Source of the DNA: Vitrella brassicaformis CCMP3155
Taxonomy: Eukaryota > Protista > Chromerida
Direction of reading: 5' to 3'
DNA: 64,000 nt
NCBI GenBank assembly: GCA_001179505.1
Contig: CDMY01000262.1
Span: 62,001-126,000 of the forward strand
Shown here: in pieces, positions 22,862 to 32,722 of the stretch
Numbering within the stretch: the stretch's first letter is position 1
How the letters are laid out: every line of letters begins with the position of its first letter
Notes under the pieces: generated by a model
Told to the model about the DNA's origin: nothing
The model's input: only the letters and a program-made list of their open reading frames with translations
Databases searched by the model: none
Translations under genes and position numbers: made by a program

Positions 22862-25711
22862 ATGGGGTGTCCGTCAGGCTGGCTGCGGTTTGGCGGTTTT
22901 GGTGTGTCGCTTCTCGGCCAGGTGGTCAGGCTGGTTGCCGCTGTGTCGCTCGTGTGCCGCCTGGGGGGCATCCCACTGTCCATCACGCTGCCCTTTGGCC
23001 TGGGGGCCGTGCTTGCCTGGTCATCTTGGTCACTTGCTGGGGTGATCCTCGGCACATCCCTGGCCGTCATGGCCATATCCATCGTCACAGGGTGAGCAAA
23101 GGAAGCCACAAGAGGTGCTGTTGGAGTGCGTATGCCCGGTTGTTTCCCCTCAGAGCGGACCCCATCCCCGAGATCAGTCCCTATCCGATTATCGGAGTGA
23201 TTCCCGACTTCGCCAAGAGTCCCCTGGCAGTGCTCAAGAGGGCGTCGAGGGAGTACAGGGATGTGTTTCGGCTCAACCTGGGTGGCATGCGCATCACATT
23301 CTTCACGGGCACCGACGGCCTGGACGTCTTCTTCAAGAGTAGAGACACACAACTCAGCCAAAAGGAGGTCTACAAGGTAACTAGACGAAGCGAGAACAGT
23401 GGCCATCGTGTGCATGAGGCTTCATGTGTGTGTTGTGTGTGGCCATCCATCCATCCCATCAGCTGACGGTGCCCGTGTTTGGCAAGGGTGTGGTGTACGA
23501 CGCCGATCTGGATGTGCGTCTGGAGCAGTTCCACATGCTGACGACGGGGCTGTCTGAGCGACACATGAAGAGATACGTCGGATACATGGTCAAGGTATCC
23601 ATCCACACCGAGGGATGGCACCATCACACACACACACAGCCTCATGTTGTGATGCGGCTGTCCGTGTGTGTCGGATATAGGAGTGTGAGATGTACTTCAG
23701 CCGCTGGGGCGACTCGGGGGAGGTCGACATCGGCGAGGCGTTCGCGGAGCTCATCATACTCACCGTACACATACCAGCCACCACACATGGATGGAGGGAA
23801 GCATTATGTAGCGGCACGGCCTCTCGCTTTGTCTCCTTCTGCAGGCGAGTCGCTGTCTGATGGGTCGTGAGGTGCGCGAGCAGATGTTCGAGGAGGTGGC
23901 CAAGCTCTACCACGCTCTCGAGGAGGGCATCACGCACATCGGCTTCATCGCACCCTGGCTGCCCATACCCAAACACCTCAAGAGGGACAAGGCGCGCAGG
24001 CAACTCGTCGACCTCTACTCTAGGGTGGGCAAGCAATGCAGCCAGACAACACAATGAATGCGCTTGACCCGATGTGTGTGCAGGTGTTGCGGGCTCGGCG
24101 TGCAGCAATGGCTGAGAAGGATGCGTCGCTGTCGACCGAGACGCAGTCGACCACACAATCGCAGGAGGACAAGACAGACGATGAGGACCTGGAGCACGAC
24201 GTCATTGAGGTGAGTGGGCAAGACAGACGGAGGGGATCACCTCACGGGCAGGCACTTTTGGTGGCGTGTGTATGTGTGCAGGTGTTGCTCAAGAGTCGTT
24301 ACCGTGACGGCCGTGCCCTGACCGATGATGAGCTGTGCGGCATGCTGATTGTCCTCCTCTTCGCCGGGCAGCACACCTCATCTGTTACATCACTTTGGCT
24401 GGTCGGCCACACACACACACCCCCCCCCCCCANNNNNNNNNNNNNNNNNNNNNNNNNNNNNNNNNNNNNNNNNNNNNNNNNNNNNNNNNNNNNNNNNNNN
24501 NNNNNNNNNNNNNNNNNNNNNNNNNNNNNNNNNNNNNNNNNNNNNNNNNNNNNNNNNNNNNNNNNNNNNNNNNNNNNNNNNNNNNNNNNNNNNNNNNNNN
24601 NNNNNNNNNNNNNNNNNNNNNNNNNNNNNNNNNNNNNNNNNNNNNNNNNNNNNNNNNNNNNNNNNNNNNNNNNNNNNNNNNNNNNNNNNNNNNNNNNNNN
24701 NNNNNNNNNNNNNNNNNNNNNNNNNNNNNNNNCCCCCCCCCCCCAACACACACACAGATATCGATGTGTGGTCATAGCTCTTGCTGTCCCTGTCTGGCTG
24801 GGTGTGTGTCAGAGCGTGAACCTGTTGTCAAATGCGTCTCGTGTGATGCCCAGCCTGGTGAAGGAGCAGGAAAGTGCCGGGCCGGTTGACTTCGACATGA
24901 TCAGCAAATCGCTCCCAAAACTCACGGCAGCCATCATCGGTAACCACAGACACACACATGCACGCGCATTGGCTCGCTCTCACCCCCACGAACGCCCCTA
25001 TGTGTGTGTCGTTCGACCAGAGAGTCTGCGTATGTACCCGCCGCTGTTCTTTCTGTTCCGCTACGTCAAGGAGCCTCTGGTGTTCAAGGGCCGGGTCATC
25101 CCCACCAACAGCACGGTGGCCATGTCGCCAGCCGAGACGGGCAGGAACCCCGACATATTCGACCAGCCCGACTTCTACCAACCTGCACGATGGCTCACGG
25201 TGCGCACACTCAGACAGGCAGGAAGGGCAAGGGACCTCATCCTTGTCTGTCTGTGTGTGTGTGTGTTCAGAATGACTGGGACGAGTGGCGCAAGGTGTCC
25301 AAGTATGTGTCGTTCGGCTCTGGCGGCCACACGTGCATGGGGCGGCGGTTCGCACTCCTCCAGATCCGCACCATCTTCTCTCTGCTCATGAGGAACTTCG
25401 TACTCGAGCAAGCGTATGCACACCCACACACGCCCGACCAGGACAAAAGACACAGCAACCACCATCCTCCCTCTCTCTCTGTCTGTGTCGTGTTGTCGCC
25501 TTGCCGTTGCTGTGCCAGTTCGCCGGTGCCAGCAGTGGACGAGACGGCCATGGTGGCCGGCCCCAAGACGCCCTTCCGCGTTAAGTACAGGAAGATCCAC
25601 ACCGGGACGGCAGCACTCATGGGCATCGACGGACAGTGCGGCGACCTCATGGACGCGTGGGGATTCGACGAGAAGAGCCAGAAGGTCGCTGATGCGATGC
25701 GGGCGTTTTGA
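22862..25711 (+). CDS. CYP51: Sterol 14-alpha-demethylase (cytochrome P450 family 51)
   Basis: [17 protein letters not shown] (B' helix), [16 protein letters not shown]-helix [18 protein letters not shown], heme motif [10 protein letters not shown]. The N gap lies inside an intron. Confidence 0.95.
24433..24731. other. Assembly gap (N run) inside a CYP51 intron, flanked by poly-C
   Basis: Run of N. Confidence 0.99.
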
Positions 25712-26696
25712 CTGAGAGATCTCTCGTGCTGCATCCGGGTTCTTGTGTTGTCTTGTGTGTATGTGAGAAATGCAGTCGAGCGTGTGAGAGTGCTAGCGGG
25801 GGAGAAAGGCTGCTGATCCATTCATCTGCGGCCGACATTTTTGTCGAGTGAGTGAGGGGCTCTCTGCTGAGCTGTTGAGGGCGGCTGCACGTTTGCATAA
25901 CACGCCCCATTTTGCATTGTTTTCGTTGCTGCTGTGTAGTTTTGCGCACGATAGATATGTTGAAGTGTTGGTTGTCTTGGTCGGGGTGTCATCAGATGCG
26001 ACGTCGCGTCGGCCCCGGGCCTTTGTGGAAGAAGGTCGGTCGGGGGCCGTGTGCGGTGCGTTTTGTGACACACCGACCGAGGCCGACGAATGCCTACTCG
26101 CCTGTCTGTATGCGAGCTCGAGTTGTGTGCGCAGTGAGGCTGGTTATGTTTCAGTGAGACGGAGCTCTGTGCTAGTGCCTTGGTGTGCTGCCATTCTTGA
26201 AAAGAGGTGACATTCATGGTCAGTCCTCCCTCAGCAGTGAGGGGGGCAGCACGGAGGCAGGCCACAGGTGTGCAGGGAGCGATGGGATGGGATGTACGTC
26301 TCACGTCAATGCATAACACTTCTATAAGATTGACGATTCTTGATCTGTTTATCGACACTGCCACACACACGTCGCTAGCCCTGACTAGCTCCCTTCCTCC
26401 CTCCCTCCCTCCCTCCCTCCCCACATACTTACACCCCTGCTCACGGTCCTAAAGTACACACACGGCACGAACGCCTTAAACCACAACGTCACTGCATGAC
26501 GAGTAGGGCCTAGGACCTTAGACAACAAAGTAGGTGAGCGTATCAACTCACTCACGTGCACCAGCGCACCAACCAACCCACTGACTGCACTCACTGTCTG
26601 CCCACATCACATCACCACACCACACATCGCTGCTGGGAACGACTCATTGCGCAACACTGTCCAGCCAAACGGGGCTGCGGGCGAGAGGGAGGCCCG

Positions 26697-29600
26697 TCAG
26701 GAGAACTCCACCTCCACCAGGTAACGGAGGCAGATCTGCGCCACATCCTGATGATCCACACACACACACACACACACGAGGGGGAGCGCACACACACACA
26801 AAGAATTCTCCTTGCCACCCATCCATCCATCGCTCGCTCGCTCCTCACGTAGACGATAAACTCATTGTAGTTGAGGGATCTGTACGATTTCGTTGACTCG
26901 ATGGCATTGGCGGCGGGCACCCTCACGCCACTGGGCAGCGTCACCGTCTTGGCGGGGTCGGGGAACATGCGACCCATCCCCTTGGTGCTCAGCTTGCCCT
27001 CGGGCAGCTTCTTGAGCGACAGCGAACAGTCGCCAGAATTCAGCTCGTTCATCTTGCCAAGGGCCACCTCAGCCAGCAGAAGCAGACCTGGACACGTTCG
27101 CACACAGACAACACCGCGAAGAGAGAGACAGCCAGGGATGTGTGTGTGTGTGTGTTGGTTGGTTGCGAGGGCGTGTGTTGACTGACCGATGTTTTCGTTG
27201 CCGCGTCTGTGTCCCCCCCACGAGTAGACATTGCAGTACTGTGCCGACTTGCTGACCATGTCGGCGAAGTACACGCCCTTGCCGAACATGTAACCCGTAG
27301 AGGGAGCTGCACACACATACCCAACGACCCGTTGAAGAGCACTTTCTGTGCATGTCAGTCAGTACTGACCTTCTGGTGGAGCGATTCGCAAGCCCTAGGA
27401 TGAGACAAAGACAGGTGCACGAAAGGCGCCCCTCATCAGTCAGCACATTCATTCATCACGTGTGTACTGTATATGATGCATGCGCACCTGTGAGAGGATT
27501 CCCACATAGTTGGTCAGGCGGCTCCCGTGCCACAGCAGCAGCCTGACGTGAATGCACACACCAACAGACAAGCGAGAGGGCATCCGTTGATCAGACGCAT
27601 AATGGTGGGTAGATTCCTGACCTGTTGTCGTTGTCTTTGTGTTTAGAGAATCGTTGTTCCTCCCCCTCCCTGTGGATCTCATAGACATTCTTGGTCTTGA
27701 GCTTCCAGTACGAGTGGGTCTTGCCGTGAGTCCTGGACACGTAACTCGCGATCAACTGACCGACAACAGGAAAGGAATGGAACGGAATATTTGACCAGAC
27801 AGACGTGCCTGTCGGTGTGTGTCGTGCGTGGGGTCACTGACTTTGTACATGTCCTCTGTGGACTTGAGAGGCCTGATGTCGCACCGCAGGCTCCTGCAGA
27901 CAAGACAAGACAAGAAAGACACCGTCACCGGTAACGCAGCTGCCTTGGGGCCAGTGTGCATGTGCCTACCTGTATTTCGCATCTGCTGGGTGCTCACTGA
28001 CGTCAGACCGCTCCTTGAGCAGCTTGGTGGCGATCTCTGCGACGGATATCAGCACATGACAGGCGCGTGTGCACGTGTATGTGGGCCCTTCCAGTGGTCC
28101 GTTGACCGACCTATGTCTGCGAGTGCTTCGAGCATCCTCAGCTTCTCCCTCACTTTGCTTGGGCTATCCAGGATGTAACTGGCCAAATTGCGCATCCTGA
28201 AACACGTCCAGCCAGCAACATCAGGCAGGTAGTATGTGTGTGCAGTGGGCGTGTGCATTGGATGCCGACCCGAAGTCGTGCGGGATGATGGTGTAGAATT
28301 GGGAAGACAGATCCATCAGCTGCTCCCTGCAGCAGGGAGAACACGCAGACCGTATTGCCGGGGTGTGTGTGTGTGTGTGTGTGTGTGCGTCTGTGGTACC
28401 TGTTACCGCCCTGGTTGAGCGCATCATCGATCTGTTTGAGTACTTCATAGGCACGTTGGATCATCCCTTTCGATATCTTCCCTAGGGGCAGCTTCTTGCT
28501 ATCATACCCTATCAGACGCTGTCAGACAGAAAGAGGAAAGAAACACCTGCCTGCCGAATGAATATGGACCAGCGTGGCCACGTGCAGGTGTACATGTCCC
28601 TACCATAGAGTCGTCCATCATCTTCATGTCGGATATCCGCTCCACCAGCGCCAGCACCTTCGCATGCAGCTTGCTTTTGGCCTTGTGCGGCTGATCGATC
28701 GGCAAACACACACAGAACAGATGAAAGGAATGGATGTACTGGACTGCGACGGCTAAGCTTTGGCGTACGTCCTTGGCAGGTTTGGGTTTGTATGAAGGGT
28801 CTCTGAGCCTCTTGCTGATCTTCTGCTCCTCTTCCTCGGTCGACGACGAGTAGTCCATCTCGATCAAGGTATACTGGTTGGTATGACACGCACGCCAACA
28901 TGTGGCGAGTGAGTGATGGGTCGTTGGTGTGCCTGCCTGCCTGCCTGCATACCCTGTCGGTGGCCGGCTGGAAGTCCTTGACCGTCTCAGCGCCGCTGCC
29001 CTTCCTGCACACCACCCAGACAGCCACACTTGTAGGCTTCCTTCGGACAAACAGTACCATGCGTTTTTGGTCTTGTCCCTGAATTTCCTCCGGAACGCAC
29101 TCTTGGCAGCGCCCTGCAGACAAAGGGATCGTTGACAAACACGACACAGACATGCACGGCTGCCTCCTCTGCTGAGCATCCGTACGATGTCTTGAAAATG
29201 GTCGCAGTGGCTGTTGCCGCTGTAGCCGACGCGGCCCCAGCGATTCCAACACACATAGTCATTTGGGTTGGTGTCGTGCTCCAACAACTGCACACACACC
29301 ACAAACCACAAACCACACAGCAGGACATGAACCACTATGTTCTATATCGCATGTTTTGTTTGAGTGCCTGCCTGTATGATGTAGTATTTGTTGTTGTTGG
29401 AGCCCAGCTTGGCCAGGTTGAGGTTGGCGTCCCACAGCTCGTCCTCATTCTGGTACACCTGGCAAGCAAAGCAACACACGAACCCACAAGACACACACAG
29501 ACCGCCTCATTCACCGCTGGGGCGGGCTCTTGTCGGTACGTGATAGCTGTCCTTCTCGCTGAAGTAGCGATCGACCTGAACTCCAAGGAAGATGCAACGA

Positions 29601-30188
29601 AGCCACTTATCGGTCTGTCCATATTGACACAAGAGACTAATGCCCACTCACTCACCATAGCGATTCCCTTGGCGACACCCTCGACCATCTTCTTGTCATC
29701 GTCGTCGGATCTCTTCCGAGGCCGACCCGCCCGCCTTTTCTTCTGAAGCACGCACGCCACAGACCCATCCACACACCACAAACCCACACAATCGATGAAG
29801 GACCTGCACCGACGGATCTTTCTATTTGCTTGCCTGCGTCCCGCTGTCACCATCAGCCGTGGCAACGGCGACCTTGGCATCGGTGGCTGCTGCACACAAA
29901 CACACACAGACAAGCAGACAAGGAGGATAGTGTTTGCACACCGCCCACGACACAGACATCTCGTTTTCAAATCCCACCTTGTGTAGAGTTTCCATCTCCG
30001 TCGCCATCTGCAGCCGGCAACAGCAGCAGGGGAGGTGTGGGAGGCCGCAGAGGCAGACGCTTTGTGAAATGCAGCCGTGGTTGAAGGGCTGGCGCGAGAG
30101 AAGGAAGGAACGCAGAGTCTGCCCGTCGGCGAGATGCGACCAATGAAACAGCAGGCGCGACAAGCAATCCAACAAGCAGTACCAACAT
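26697..30188 (-). CDS. PARP: Poly(ADP-ribose) polymerase (PARP2-like: WGR + regulatory + catalytic) with N-terminal signal/transit-like presequence
   Basis: WGR domain VYQNEDELWDANLN..SNNNKYYIIQLLEHD..VCWNRWGRVG; regulatory KLPLGKISK..AYEVL..LSSQFYTIIPHDFG; catalytic [64 protein letters not shown]. TGA at 26697-26699. Confidence 0.93.
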
Positions 30189-30525
30189 GAAAACACCGAT
30201 GAATCAAACTGCTGGTTCCTTCAGTCAGACCGAACCCTGGACTCCAGACCCTAACCCTGCATTGGGCGAAGGTCAGGGTCTGTGTGCCAGTGGGCGTGAT
30301 GGGGGCAGGAAACGATTGCTGATATACACCTCTCATGCAAGTCAGCTAACAATCGATAGGCCGTCCATCCATCCATCCATCTAGCCATGTGTCCAGCTGT
30401 CTGCGTGAGAGATCTCAGCCAGCACCTCCAACACATCAGCCTGCACACCATCAAACACACACACACAGACCAACATGCCTGGCACTGCCGGATGTTCTCC
30501 CCCGGGCTCACCTGTGTGGTCGTCT

Positions 30526-32366
30526 CTACTGTGGTATGAGGTGGGCGAGTCGGTATTTGGTCAGCAGAGGGCGGACCAAGGACATCGCGATGGGGTAGCG
30601 GTCAGGCAGCCGCTCCTGGCCCTCGATGGCCGCCTCGGTCGTGTAGAGGACGATGTTAACATCGGTCAGCCACAGATAGGCGGCGACGGTGTCGCCCTCC
30701 TTCATGCCCTTGAGGACGATGTATCGCTCCCGCCCGTCGTCGTTTACCCACCCGATGCAGTCGATGGTGGTGCGGCCGTCGATGGCGTCGCTCAGCAGTC
30801 GCTGATAGCGCTTATCGCCATCGGCCACTGTTGCGTCGAATACCTCCTTCTCGTCCACCCCCTCTTGGTCACACCACTCCACCAACACCATCCTCTTCAC
30901 GAAGGCCGCGAATGAGGGGAGGAGGAAGTCATGGTAGCGGATGGGCGGGTTGTGGGGGTCGTATGTGCGGCGGTAAGGGTGACGGGGACGGAGGGCGGAC
31001 AGCGGCACCGTTTCGAAGCGCCACTGGTGCTCGCCGTTTCCGATGGTATACTGCTGCCGCGTCACCCCACCGTCCCCCTCCATCGGCTCGTCCATCTGCC
31101 CGATCCCACCGGCCTCTCCTTCGCTGTCTTCTTCTCCGTCCCCATCGCCCTTTCCCTCCATCGCCTCTTCCTTAGCCTTCTTGCCATCCTGGGCCTCATC
31201 CACCTTGTCGAGCGCCAGGTTGATCCCCTGGTAGTTGAGGAGGTGGCCGAATGTGCTGTACTGGCGAAGGGCGAGGGGCATGGTGTGGAAGTGGGCCTTG
31301 GTGGGCAGGTGGGCCGCCATCCACTGGGGCGACATGATCAGCGGCAGACCAGTCGAGGGCGTCAGCTTGTAGATGTCAGCCAGCCGGATGAAGCCGGCCC
31401 ACTCCTCACACCACAGCGCCCCGCCATGCTCCAGTGCATAGCAGCACTTGGTGTAGTACTGAAACGGCCTCTCCACGTCCATGAGGCCCCGCAGAGACCG
31501 GCGGCTGAGGTCCGTGTCGATGCGGGTGAGCATGAAGGTTTCACCGACGAGGTCGATGCCGCAGGTTTTGTTGGCCGCCCGTGCTGAGCTGACGGCCACG
31601 TCCAGGAATCGAGTCACGACGTCACGGTACAGATCCTCAGACAGGGTGCTGGGCATGCCATTGTCCATGTCGGCTGTGGTGTGTTCGGTGTGAGTGGGGG
31701 CGGCATGGGCAGCTGGTAGGGAGGAATGGGGGTGTGAGGGAGGAGGGGGGGAGGGGCTCGTCGCCGCCATGCCTTGTGTGATGGGGGTGAGGGCGTCAGA
31801 GGTCGCCGAGATGCTGCTCTTGAGGGTGGACCAATGAGAGGCAACAGACGGGACCTGAGGCCATCAGAGAGGAATGAGTCATGGCGGCGGTGGTGATGGG
31901 ATAACCTCTCTGACCTTGGGAGCGACATTGGCGATGAACGAGCCTTCAATGGTCGTCACATCACACTCCACCTGACCAACACAAGGCCGAGCTGTGTGTG
32001 TGGATGTGTGTCGTCATCGCGTCCTTACCTGTGTCACTTGTGTCAGCAGCACTGAGAAGCGCCGCTGCAGCTCCTCAAAACTAAGACTACCGCCGGCCAC
32101 CTGCACACGGACGCACAACACACACAGAGCTGTGATGGCGCACAGAGGGCGGTCAAATGTGTATGGGACAGGCCGCCCACCGATGCGTCATGGGCAACAT
32201 CCATCCCGTCCTGCGATAATGCTCCACTCATCTCGTGATCTGACAATGCACAGCACATCATCTGTCCATATGCCTCGCTTCGCCCCATCCTCTCCATCTC
32301 TCTCGGCTTACCTGCGGCAGCCGGACCGTCGATGCGCTGGCGCTTGGAGCTGTCAGCATCAGACAT
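30526..32366 (-). CDS. Lineage-specific hypothetical protein (small N-terminal exons + >1.2 kb terminal exon)
   Basis: MSDADSSKRQRIDGPAAA exon, a coiled-coil-like exon SFEELQRRFSVLL, then in-frame splicing into the 414-aa ORF (LSEDLYRDVVTRFLD...). Confidence 0.7.
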
Positions 32367-32722
32367 CTCAAACACACGCTAATTAATGATCAACAGGCGC
32401 CACGAAGCGGAAACGGCGCCTGACGCGTCGCTGAAGGGCAAGAGGGCGATACTCTATCCATCACCAGGGCCGATTAGCGGCTCCTTCCGCCAATGCGCAC
32501 CGACGCCATCCTTCCGTCGCCCTCTTTGTCCTCTTTTCTCCTTCACCGCCGATTCGATCGCGGTGCGAGCTACTAAATGCGGAGAGCGACTCTCCGCCTT
32601 TCTCACCGACGGAGAGAGAGCACATGGGAGACCATCTGATGAACGACTGAGAATCAAGAAAGATCCTATGTGATGTGATCTTGACGCTCGGTCAACTGCG
32701 GCAGCAGCAGGAGGCCGTGCCC

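Noticed and set aside
22837-23466. ORF 22837-23466 as the CYP51 N-terminus, via donor AC|GTGAGC at 22836/22837
   Set aside because: That frame reads the linker as a non-hydrophobic His/Pro/Arg string. The hydrophobic frame with GT-AG splicing at 23092-23153 fits a P450 anchor.
24036-25391. ORFs running through the N gaps (also 42119-43074 and 54030-54795)
   Set aside because: Their length is an artefact of X codons, and they also read through introns.
29967-30007. MATEMETLHK as the PARP start (no presequence)
   Set aside because: That frame does not splice in frame to the KKRRAGRPRK/WGR exons with available sites, whereas the signal-peptide frame does.
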